A stretch of DNA of 64,000 nt from Sminthopsis crassicaudata (Eukaryota). The stretch is taken from NCBI RefSeq assembly GCF_048593235.1, contig NC_133617.1, positions 516,688,958 to 516,752,957 on the forward strand. Direction: 5' to 3'. How positions within the stretch are numbered: position 1 is the stretch's first letter; the number at the start of each line of letters is the position of its first letter. Shown in pieces: positions 41,100-51,845 of the stretch. The position numbers and the translations under genes were made by a program. The notes under the pieces were generated by a model. The model was not told the origin of the DNA. It made no database searches and saw only the letters and a list, made by a program, of their open reading frames with translations.

Positions 41100-41760
41100 A
41101 TTAATAGGATCTGCATAGAAAAACCCAATATCATTAATTAGCAAAGCTTGTTAATATTAACTGTTACCACAAACAGTAGTAGAAACTTCAACAAATCTCA
41201 ATCTCCACTTTCCACAGTGAAAAAAGTCTTTCTCTAGGGCTATTCCTGAGTTTAATTTCCTTGAGAAGCTTGATCTTACAGGTTTTTTTTCTTCATCAGA
41301 ATGGATCAATTTGGCAACCAGGTGAACTATTTGGTTATGTGTTGGAAATTTTTATTTTTTTCTGATGAAATTGTCAGTCATCATTAATGTACGACTTTTT
41401 TGCTATCAATTTCCGGAAATAATGAAGAATGCCTTCATTGGAACCAAGTTCTAAAAGCTTGTTAATGCTTGCTGGTACTTTTCTTTGAATGCATTGAGCA
41501 CAGCATTGTATGACAAAATATCTGCTGCCATTCTAGGCCAACAATATCTGTTCCTTAGCAATTTCAGGGTTCTCTCTGGACCCATCTGTCCAAAGTCATC
41601 ATAGAGTGATATTATATTGGGTAGCACCAACTCCTTTTAGAATGTGTAAGAATCACAGTCTGGTGCAGAATTCCATAGCATAGCTCCAATTTCTGCCATT
41701 GACAACAAAAGGGAAACATTTTGTAAATGGAACTTGAATCCTTTTATAAATCACCCCCTT
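41100..41760 (-). pseudogene. Gypsy integrase zinc-binding and core domains (decayed)
   Basis: WQKLELCYGILH; ELVLPNIISLYDDFGQMGPERTLKLLRNRYCWPRMAADILSY / QCCAQCIQRK; LEL...TLMMTDNFIR; LIHSDE...KLLKEI. Confidence 0.88.
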
Positions 41761-41818
41761 GCCTCTTAACTCGTATCATTTCTCACAATTCATTGTCAGT
41801 AAAGAACTCTCATCTCAG

Positions 41819-42201
41819 CCAAATCGGTTCCAATAGAGCAGTAATGAACTGAACCAGCTACACCCAGCGAAAGAACTCTGGGAGATGACTATGAACCACT
41901 ACATAGAATTTCCAATCCCTCTAATTTTGTCCATCTGCATTTTGGATTTCCTTCACAGGTTAATTGTACACTATTTCAAAGTCCAATTCTTTTTGTTCAG
42001 CAAAACAATTGTTTGGTCATGTATACATATATTGTATTTAATTTATACTCTAACATATTTGACATGTATTGGTCGACCTGCCATCTGGGGGGGGGGAGAG
42101 GAAGGAGGGGGAAAATTGGAACAAATGGTTTGGCAATTGTCAATGCTGTAAAATTACCCATGCAAATATCTGGTAAATAAAAACTATTATATATATAAAA
42201 A
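41819..42201 (+). mobile_element. 5'-truncated young L1 (3'UTR only) with 18-bp TSD
   Basis: AAAGAACTCTCATCTCAG at 41801-41818 and 42202-42219; G-rich tract, AATAAA and A-tail. Confidence 0.93.
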
Positions 42202-42399
42202 AAAGAACTCTCATCTCAGTTATTCAAAAGCAACAGAGGTAGAGAGAGTTCGATGAAACAGAGTTCAAGTTTGCTGTTGGCATCCTGTCAGTTGGAAGTC
42301 TTTAGTTCTTTGCTACATTCCCTCTTGATTGTGTTTCAGATATCTAGAGATTGTATAAACATAGAGTAACTTTAACTATTTCCTTAATTATTATTATAT

Positions 42400-42665
42400 C
42401 TTCAATATCATAAGGCATTTTTGTCTTCTCTGACCAGCAGTATATGCTGAATTTATAATAGAATTCCTGCCTATCTCTAGCAAATAGTATCTAATTTAGC
42501 ACTGATCACAATATATGTTGATGGATCCTCCTCGGTCCATTTGGAAGTTTATTCCATATAGTCTCTGACCTTTTCAGTGACAAGCCACTTCAAAACCAAG
42601 GACTTGGATTTATGTATGGAGAGTCAAGAAGTTATCTTCTGGCAAATGTAATTGGTTTCTGATGA
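42400..42665 (-). pseudogene. Gypsy RNase H domain (decayed)
   Basis: KPITFARR / IHKSKSLVLKWLVTEKVRDYM / DPSTYIVISAKLDT / YYKFSIY resembles RPVAFASR...AHKLEFLALKWAVTEKFHDYLYG...NPLTYILTSAKLDAT...YNFSIQY. Confidence 0.9.
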
Positions 42666-42674
42666 ACGTCACTT

Positions 42675-43470
42675 TCTTGACACTCATCATAATCATATTT
42701 TCTTATAGAACATTAATATTCCATGATGTGGTCTACATCTTGTTTAGTCATTTTCCAATTAATGAAGAGATATTTTGCTTCCAGTTCTTTATTGAAACAA
42801 AAAATGAGAAACAAAGTTATTTTTAATTGTTTTTATTAAAGCTTCTTATTTTCAAAACATATGCATAGATACTTTTCAATATTCAGCCTTACAAAACCTT
42901 GTGTTCCAAATTTTCCCTCCCAGGAATCCAATATATGTTAAACATGTACAGTCCTTCTATACATATTTCCACAATTATCATGTTGACAAGAAAAATCAGA
43001 TCAAAAAGGAAAAATTGAGAAAAAGCAAAATGCAAACAAACAACAACAAAAAGACTGAAAATACTATGTTGCAATCCATATTCATCCTTTCTCTGGGTGC
43101 AGATGGCTCTCTTCATTCCAAGACCGTTGGAACTGGCCCAAATCATCTCATTGTTGAAAAAAACCACATCCATCAGAATTGATCATTTGTGTTGCTGTTT
43201 CTATGTAGAATGTTTTCAATGGTTCTGCTCAGTTCACTTATGTCAGTTCATATAAGTCTCTCTAGACCTTTTTGAAGTCATCCTCCTGATCATTTCTTAT
43301 AGAACAATAATTTTCTATAACATTCATATACCATAACTTATTCAGCCATTCTCCAACTGATGGGCATCCACTCAGTTTCCAGTTTTTTGCCACTACAATA
43401 AGGGCTGCCACAAACATTTTTGTACATGTAGTCCCTTCTCCTCTTTTATGCTCTCTTTGGGATTCAAAGA
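42675..43470 (-). mobile_element. L1 3' fragments (older piece ~42675-42790, younger piece ~42816-43470) interrupting the Gypsy pol
   Basis: Reverse complement of the marsupial L1 ORF2 end and 3'UTR; similar to 32800-33300. Confidence 0.85.
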
Positions 43471-43850
43471 AACATCATTCTTAATAAATTTACAATAACT
43501 GCCAAATATGGGAAAGTGCTAACATATCAGATTCTATGTATATGACTAATTCAAGAATATTTCTATCTTCTCTGGGTCAGGGTTCATGGCTTGCTGAGAT
43601 TTACCTCCTTAACTGAGGCTCTACAAAAGACTCTACAAATTGACAGCTTGTCAATTGACAGCTTTATAGCAGTTTTCTTTAGCATAGCTAACACTTTCAC
43701 ATTCTCTTTTTATGTTTTTCTAATATTTCCCCAAAGACAGTGAGGTCATTTACAAACACTGACACTTTCAGATATTGTATCCCTCTATCCACTTTTCCAA
43801 GGAGCCATTGTAAAGTGGCAGGTGCTTATGAAATACCTTCAGATACATAC
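43470..43850 (-). pseudogene. Gypsy RT catalytic and C-terminal segment (YxDD decayed to FVND at 43745-43756)
   Basis: EGIS*APATLQWLLGKV...VFVNDLTVFGEILEKHKKRM / VKVLAMLKKTAIKLSIDK / FCRASVK / PDPEKIE...FGSYCKFIKN. Confidence 0.9.
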
Positions 43851-43856
43851 ATGTGG

Positions 43857-43995
43857 CTAGATAGATAGATATATAAATGGATAGACAGATGATAGAGAGA
43901 TATGATAGATATGTTTATGCATATGTATGTATACATATATATATGCATACATATTCACAAGTATTTCTCTGTATGTATATGTATGTATATATGTA
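43857..43995. repeat. (TAGA)n/(TATG)n compound microsatellite
   Basis: Direct reading. Confidence 0.85.
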
Positions 43996-44758
43996 TGAAT
44001 CTACCCATTGGAATGGGGCTTTCTAATTGTAGATCAATTTTCTATATTTATATAAGGACTCAGATAAGTTGGGAAAAGTAAGAAAGAGAAGAGTACTTCA
44101 GTTCTCTCCAAGTTTTGAGTATGTTTAGACTTTCTTTGAGTTGTTAAGTCTCTGGTCTAGTTTTTAGCTTTGAATAAGAAGATTGAGAAAACCAAACCTA
44201 CTTCAGGTCACAGAAAGAAAAGATTCTAAGAAGGCATGAGAGGAGCTAGAAATCTCCATCATATCCCTATCGCCAACTTGCTACATTAGAAATTTTGGGG
44301 AACTTTCCCTTGGCTAAGAATTAAGATTCTCTCTTTCTTGATTGAGCTGAGTTATTTCCCTCTCAATGAGAAAGAGAGCTCTTTCAATTTATATTATATG
44401 GTGTATAGTTTTCTGTGCATAGTATTTCTGTTTTCTGTTTTGCTACCAATTTGGATAAATGGTTTTTCTTGGCTAAGTGCTTTGTGTGTTCATTTTGGCA
44501 CTGATATTGAAAGGAAGGGGAGTAATCTCAGATATAGAATTTGTGGTCCTGCTTCTTCCAATAATAATCAGAAGTTAGCTTGAACCTGAAAATCTAATTC
44601 CCTAGACTAGCAATATTTAAGGGAAAAGACAGATATAATTCTTGCCAGTATTCCATAGCAGAGAAAAGAATGAACCCCTGGCTAATTCCCTGTTCTAACA
44701 TCCCTCTGCAACATGTGGAAGCATGGTTCTTTCTACATGTGGGGTCTTGTCACCTACA
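43996..44758. mobile_element. LTR-like element (family 2) inserted into the Gypsy RT
   Basis: TG...CA ends. Its reverse complement matches ~775-1290 (e.g. agctcctctcatg...ctgaagtagg...caaagctaaaa). Gypsy RT codons resume on both sides. Confidence 0.6.
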
Positions 44759-44777
44759 CACACACATATGTATGTAG

Positions 44778-44909
44778 GTAGTTAAATTGATAAAATTTAC
44801 TATGCAGATAAAAGAAGTATTTTCTTTGTTTTCATCAATTATAGAAATTTGATGGTATTCACTTCACAAATCTAATATTAGAACCACTGGCTACCTAACA
44901 GACAATCCA
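44778..44909 (-). pseudogene. Gypsy RT middle segment (decayed)
   Basis: LDCLLGSQWF, a frameshift, then ILDL*SEYHQISIIDENKENTSFICIVNF resembles LDCLSGSQWFSVLDLRSGYYQI...DKEKTAFICPLGFYQF. Confidence 0.9.
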
Positions 44910-44916
44910 GGTCATC

Positions 44917-45033
44917 CCCCATTAACACTGTAAAGTCCTTTAGGATAGGGAATTTTTTATATTTTTTTTACCTTTAGCACTTAGCACAGTGCCTGGCTCA
45001 TAATAGATGCTTAATAAATGTTTTTTGTTGATT
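44917..45033 (+). mobile_element. L2 3'-end fragment inserted into the Gypsy RT
   Basis: L2 tail 'cacttagcacagtgcctggctcataatagatgcttaataaatgttttttgttgattg'. GGTCATC occurs on both sides (44910-44916, 45034-45040). Confidence 0.8.
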
Positions 45034-45040
45034 GGTCATC

Positions 45041-45375
45041 TCTCTTAGCATGATGTATTGGTTTTCCTTTAGTGTTCTTGTTCAAAGACTGATATTCAAC
45101 TCACATTTTTCAAGATTTCCATTTTTCTATAACATCAATGAAGGTCATGCAGAGAATCCAATCAGTTAGCAGTTCTTTGAGATGGCCTTGACTTTCCTGA
45201 TCAACTCCTCTTGAAGATTAATTCCAAAACCTCTCTTTTATTTTCATCATATTTTATATTTTTGAATAACCAAAGCAGTATCCTGAGTCATAACCTTGCT
45301 ATATTTTAATCTATAATTCCCCAACTCTTGTATATGTCTTTCCAATAATTCTATAATGTCCCTGATTTTTATACT
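45041..45375 (-). pseudogene. Gypsy RT N-terminal segment (decayed)
   Basis: QESQGHLKELLTD...FIDVIEKWKS*KM*VEYQSLNKNTKGKPIHHAKRDD resembles the Gypsy pattern RQHLxELL...PIVVVRKKNGSIRMCVDYRTLNKRT...PRIDD. Confidence 0.8.
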
Positions 45376-45384
45376 TTGCATACA

Positions 45385-45581
45385 CTTTTTTTTTAATTGT
45401 ATTTTATTTTATTTTGTTTGTTTTTATTTTATTTTATTTTATTTTTTTCTGAGGCTGGGGTTAAGTGACTTGCCCAGGGTCACACAGCTAGGAAGTGTTA
45501 AGTGTTTGAGACCAGATTTGAACTCTGGTCCTCCTGAATTCAAGGCTGGTTTTCTATCCATCGCGCCACCTAGCTGCCCCT
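45385..45581 (-). mobile_element. WSINE1-like CORE-SINE with (AAAAT)n tail
   Basis: Reverse complement of ggggcagctaggtggcgcgatggataga...cttaaccccagcctca; ATACACTTTT on both flanks. Confidence 0.9.
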
Positions 45582-47713
45582 GAATACACTTTTAAAAATT
45601 GGAAGATTTATAAACTTCTACTTTCTCAACATGACATGTATTTCAAGCAAATTAGAGCACATTTCAATAGAATGACCTATTATAATAATACTCAATAAAT
45701 GAAATATGCTTACTTAAGTACTAAGCATGCAATTACAACCACATAATAAAACATGCAAGTGACACCCAACAAACATTAAATCAAACATATAAATAAATAG
45801 CAATGCAATAATAAGAGCAGTTTCATCCATAAACCAACAATTAATAAAGAATTATGCATGACATTATATAAATCAAGTCACTTTACATATATACACACTT
45901 ATTAAAATACATATGCAATACTACAAATAGGATCACTGAGAGTGGCTTTATATTTATATTTTTTATTAATGCAGCAGCAGATAGAAGCTCAAGGAGAAAA
46001 AGAAATGACATAAAATATGATTAATATGACTGATGTGTTTTCAAAGGGTTTAAAATATTTTTAAAAAATTAAACAAAGCCAAATTAAAACATTAAATGAA
46101 TTATTTATTGAAGCAATTCAGGATTGAGCAAATATATAAACTCTTTTAAATTAGAAAATCCCCCCCCAATTTAAGGAAGTAAAGGAAAGAAAACTGTTTT
46201 GCAAAGTAGAGTGTACTCAGTGTTAGTGCTTCACTAGCCTTTATAATATGAAACAAGCCTGTACAAAAGAAAATAAAGCTCTTAGATAAAGCTCCTACAT
46301 TTTACCATCTGGAGTATTGAGGTTGTGGAGCTGTTTTAGTTGGGTAATGTTACTCTACCAATCACATATGCTCAGTTGGAGGCTTTCAGCTTGGCTATGA
46401 CACTTACTATATAGAAATACATGCACTTCCCAATTTTTTTAGAAGGTTAAGTTCAGAAACAGCAGCAGAAGTAAGCTGGGCTGCCAAGTGCTCTAAATCC
46501 TAGAAAATAGGCATAAGCATCTGCTTTCCTGCTGCCAGTGTGACATGTCATGCAACTCATTATGGGTACCTCTCTGGGTCCCAAATAATTTTTATGATGG
46601 TTCAGAAGCACTAAGCAGTTCTCAATAACTCTGAGTTGCTGTCTCTAACATCCAGCTCAATTCCTCCTGAATACCACTTTTCCAAGGTTCCTAGAAAAAG
46701 CATCTCTGTTTTCTTCACTAAACTGTGAGTAATAATCCAGCAGGGCCAGAATCACTGACAAATATATTTTAAGGTATATAAATAAAATCTAAACTGAAAG
46801 TAGAAAGAGAGATTGTGGACTATGGGTCTAGTCCTTAAAGAATAATAAATATTTTCTGTTTGGTGCTTAACTCAAGTGAAGATTTGGTGAACTGGTTTTC
46901 AGAAATGTTTAATGAATGGAAGGGCCTTTCCTCTCTACTTCAGAGCATGCACAGATATCCTTTAACTGTTTACTTTGGAGTGATGAAATACTTTTTAATT
47001 GACAACTGATCCAGAACTAAGGGTGAGAAGGAAAAAGAACTGTTATGGGATTCAAAGTATAATAGGGACTTTAGGTCCTCTCTCTCTTGACTGGTTACTT
47101 GAATCTTATGTTTCTGTCATATTTATTCTTTTCTGCTCTTAAGTGAATGAACATCAGAGATGGAATGAATTGAAAGTTCAAATGAGCCACCAGAGGTACC
47201 AGTCTTCCTTGAATACCCGATATATCTCATTTCAACAGATAACAGATAAAGAACAAAGAAGGGAGGTAAAAGGAGTCCATGGAACCTAGGAGAAGAAACC
47301 TAGGTTTCTTCCATATTAAATATATGGTTAGGAACTATAGACCACTGGTTCTCTCGTTCTCTCTTCTTGCTCTTGTTCTTGAACTAGAAACCTCTTTTTT
47401 CTGGAAATTCCCCAGATTCCCCCACCCTAGCTATGTTGTATACAACATTTGTCTTAATTTGGCTATTTTCATTAGCTCCTTCCTGGAAAACAATGCCAGG
47501 GTCAAAGATAACCTTCTTTGGGCTTGGACAGGTAGATTGGAAAGGAAAGATATTTGCCTAAATCCAAAGGTAGCTCTTCTAAATCCCTTTCTCTTGAGTT
47601 GTTAACTCTGAGAACTATATCTAAGATACAGTTACACCCACTAAAATAATCCTTGAGCAAACATTTGCTCATAAACCTCAAAACTATATCCAAAATGGAC
47701 ATGCCATATATAC

Positions 47714-47752
<39 letters not shown>

Positions 47753-49051
47753 AAGGTACTATTGAAAAAGTGACATGTGAGTTAAACAAAGGAAAAAAAT
47801 CTGATCAATATCTATTTTTAAAAACTAATTTATCAGCCCAAATTAGCACTCGAGAAAAGATAGCATCTTGTAGTCCTGGAAAAACTTGACTGATAATTAT
47901 TTTCCATAAATTCTTATATAGTTCATCTCTATTTTTTCCTTCAATTTCCAAAATAAGTAGTTATCACATTATGCTGGACAAACATACTTCTTTTCTTCTT
48001 TCTTCTTGTTTGAATAAAGATAATTCTTTATGTAGTTTCCATTTGCATTATTCATGGGATTTAGTATAGATCATTGGGACTTCAGAAAGGGCTTAGGTTG
48101 GCTGTTTCAAAAGCAAATCAGATCTACACTGATTTACTCAACTGTTATTTTAATAGAGTTTTGAATGAGTTGGAGTTTTCATCTCTTCATAAAAATATTT
48201 GAACACAGCTGTTACTCTCCATCCTGCCACCCATATGCTTATACTTTTAAACATGATTTGAACTTAAAGCAATTTCCATATATAAAAATTCTTTAGCAAA
48301 GTCCCATTTCCAACAACAATATTCTCATGTGTATCTTCTACTTTTTATATTTTTATTATTAATTAACTTATTAAATTGCAGTTTCCTGATGTTCTTGCTT
48401 TGTACTATTTGGAAATAGTACCCCGCCCTTTGGCTTAAAGGTATCCCAGCTTGGCACAATACAGTAAAAATTTAGGCTGAATATCTAATATGTATTTCAA
48501 GGAATATATTTTACTTGATTATGACAGCATATAGAGTTTTCTCTGCCAAATACACAGTGCCTTTATTAGAATTTTCAAATGGTACTCAATTCCCTTAAGA
48601 CATTTTCTATGTATCTTATGATACTTGTTTCCAAAATCTATATCATACTTCTAGTATAAACTTGATAGTTGTTGGATAATTGAATCCTAAAAGCAATAAG
48701 AAAATTGAAAAAATAAAGGAGAAAGGAACAATAGGAGGAATAAAGGGAAGAAAAAACAGAAGAGGAAGAAAAGTATGTCCCTGGATTTATTTTTTGCTTT
48801 CTAGACATATCAATTAACTCTATATCCTAACTAGGAGAACTAGATTTTTCAACTTTCACATCTACCACAAAAAGATCATAGGGCTTAGAGAAAACCTAGA
48901 TCACTACCATCATTTTTATAGATGAGAAAACTGAGGTCTATGCCTAGGAAGGTAAAATGACTTCTCCAAGTTCTAATAGTTAACTAATAGAGTTCCAAGT
49001 CATGTTCTTTCTCAGTCCACAGTCATTTTATGCATTTTTAAAAAAATAATA

Positions 49052-49793
49052 ACTTTTTATTTTCAAAATGCATGCAAAGATAGTTTTCAATATTCATCCT
49101 TGTAAAACTCCATGTTCCAAATTTTTCTTCCTTCCTCTCTTCTCTTCACCTCTTCCCCTAGACAGCAAGTACTTCAATATATGTTAAACATGTGCAATTC
49201 TTCTATACATATTTCCACAATTATCATGTTGACAAGAAAAATCAGATCAAAGAGGAAAAAATTGGAAAAAAAACCAAAATGCATGGAAACAACAACAAAA
49301 AGACTGAAAATACTATCTATATTCGTCCTTTCTCTGGGTACAAATAGCTCTCTTCATCACAAGACCATTGGAACTGGCCCAAATCATCTCATTGTTGAAA
49401 AGAGCCATGTCCATTAGAATTGATCATTTGTGTTGCTGTTGCTATGTAGAATGTTCTCATTGGTTCTGCTCACTTCATTTAGTATCAGTTCATATAAATC
49501 TCTCCAGACCTTTCTGAAGTCATTCTGCTGATCATTTCTTATAGGACAGTAATATTCTATCATCTTCATATACCCCAACTTATTCAGCCATTCCCCAACT
49601 GTTGGCATCCACTCAGTTTCCAGTTCCTTGCCACTACAAAAAGGGATGCTACATTTTTGCACATATGGGTCCTTTCCCCTCTTTATGATCTCTTTGAGAT
49701 ACAGACTCAGTACAGACACTGCAGGATCAAAGACTATGCACAACTTGATAGTCCTTTGAGCATAGTTCCAATTTGCTCTCCGGAATAGTTGAA
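49052..49793 (-). mobile_element. L1 3' fragment
   Basis: ORF fragment CIVFDPAVSVLSLYLKEII...WRDLYELILNEVSRT plus 3'UTR. Confidence 0.92.
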
Positions 49794-50104
49794 ATCTAGG
49801 TCAACTAATGCTGGTCCAACACAAACTTCAACAACTCCCCGGAGGTACCAGAAGTATGTGATTTGGCAAGGTAGAAATGTAATAAATGCATTAGAAAAAT
49901 AATTTAGGTAAAAACTCCAAATACCACAGTACTTTCTAGTGTTTGAAGTAGAGAAGTATTCTGAAAAAACCCATAAAATTTTAGAATTAGAATTTACCTC
50001 AGCAGCCATCTAATCTGATCTACACTCAAAAATGTTATAGCTACTACAATATTCCTGATAAAGAAGTAATCTAGTCTCTGTTTAATGACTTTTGAGTAAA
50101 AGAC

Positions 50105-51845
50105 TTAGATGACTTGATTCAAAGTGAAAATGAGCAGAACCAAGGGAGCATTTGTACATAGTAACAGCAATACTGTACAGTTATTAACTATGAATGATAT
50201 AGCTATTCTCAACAATTCAATGATCTAAGACCATTTCAAAGGACAAATGTTATCCACACCTAGAGAAAGAACTGGTAGAATCAGAATCCAGATGAAAGTA
50301 TACTGTTTTCCCTTTCTTTATATTTTTGTGAGTTTTTTCCTTTTGATCTTTCTTCTTTCACAACTAATATGGAAATATGTTTTACATGATTACATATATG
50401 TAACCTATATCAAATTGCTTTACCATTTTAGGAAGAGGGAGAAAAGAGCATAAGGTTTTGCAAAAGTGAATGCTGAGTTAGTATGGCAGAAATTAGATAT
50501 GGACCCACACTTAACACCATATACCAAGATAAAATCAAAATGGGTCCATGATTTAGGCATAAAGAATGAGATCATAAATAGATTAGAGGAACAGGGAATA
50601 GTCTACCTCTCAGACCTGTGGAGGAAGAAGGAATTTATGACCAGAGGAGAATTAGAGATCATTATTGATCACAAAATAGAAGATTTTGATTACATCAAAC
50701 TAAAAAGTTTCTGTACAAATAATACTAATGCAAACAAGATTAGAAGGGAAGTAACAAATTGGGAAAATATTTTTAAAAGCAAAGGTTCTGACAAAGGTCT
50801 CATTTCCAAAATATATAGAGAACTGACCCTGATTTATAGGAAACCAAACCATTCTCCAATTGATAAATGGTCAAGGGATATGAACAGACAGTTCTTAGAT
50901 GATGAAATTGAAACTATTTCCACTCATATGAAAGAGTGTTCCAAATCACTACTGATCAGAGAAATGCAAATTAAGACAACTCTGAGATACCACTACACAC
51001 CTGTCAGATTGGCTAAGATGATAGGAACAAATAATGATGAATGTTGGAGGGGATATGGGAAAACTGGGACACTGATACATTGTTGGTGGAGTTGTGAAAG
51101 AATCCAGCCATTCTGGAGAGCAATTTGGAACTATGCCCAAAAAGTTGTCAAACTGTGCATACCCTTTGACCCAGCATTGCTGTTATTGGGATTATATCCC
51201 AAAGAAATACTAAAGAGGGGAAAGGGACCTGTATGTGCCAAAATGTTTGTGGCAACTCTTTTCGTTGTAGCTAGAAACTGGAAGTTGAATGGATGTCCAT
51301 CAATTGGAGAATGGTTGGGTAAATTGTGGTATATGAAGGTTATGGAATATTATTGCTCTGTAAGAAAGGAGGAATACAGAGAGGCTTGGAGAGACTTAAA
51401 TCAACTGTTGCTGAGTGAAATGAGCAGAACCAGAAGATCACTATACACTTCAACAACAATACTGTATGAGGATGTATTCTGATGGAAGTGGATATCTTCA
51501 ACATAAAGAAGATCCAACTCACTTCCAGTTGATCAATGATAGACAGAAATAACTATACCCAGAGAAGGAACACTGGGAAGCGAATGTAAATTGTTAGTGC
51601 TACTGTCTATCTACCCAGGTTACTTATACCTTCGGAAGCTAATAATTAATGTGCAACAAGAAAATGGTATTTACACACATATATTGTATCTAGGTTATAT
51701 TGTAACACATGTAAAATGTATGGGATTACCTGCCATGGGGGGGAGGGAGTGGAGGGAGGGAGGGGATAATTTGGAAAAATGAATAAAAAAAAAAGTGAAT
51801 GCTGAGAACTATCTTTACATGCATTTGGAAAATAAAATGCTGTCA
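50105..51845 (+). mobile_element. Older L1 3' end hosting a nested young L1
   Basis: agtgaaaatgagcagaacc...; its 3'UTR resumes after 51806 (aactatctttacatgcatttggaaaataaaa). Confidence 0.8.
50478..51790 (+). mobile_element. Young 5'-truncated L1 with uninterrupted ORF2 C-terminal frame
   Basis: ORF 50466-51482 (338 aa) contains the L1 ORF2 cysteine-rich end (CWRGYGKTGTLIHCWWSC). 16-bp TSD AAAAGTGAATGCTGAG at 50462-50477 and 51791-51806. Confidence 0.96.

Larger units (their letters stand above)
40760..45375 (-). mobile_element. Fossil Ty3/Gypsy LTR-retrotransposon pol (RT-RNase H-integrase), fragmented by later insertions
   Basis: Manual minus-strand translation gives, in canonical order: GHLKELL...KM*VEYQSLNKNT, LDCLLGSQWF/ILDL*SEYHQI...KENTSFIC, EGIS*APATLQWLLGK...VFVNDLTVFGEILEKH, DPEKIE...FGSYCKFIKN, KPITFA...LKWLVTEKVRDY...TYIVISAKLDT, WQKLELCYGILH...ELVLPNIISLYDDFGQMGPERTLKLLRNRYCWPRM, TLMMTDNFIR, LIHSDE. 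The segment below ~41100 is a weaker match. Confidence 0.92.

Noticed and set aside
44000-44560. Weak RT-like readings (SKLVAKQKTEILCTENY; EKPHSNG) inside this interval
   Set aside because: Much better matches to the same RT motifs lie at 45041-45200 and 44778-44909, and this interval aligns with the LTR-like repeat at 775-1290.
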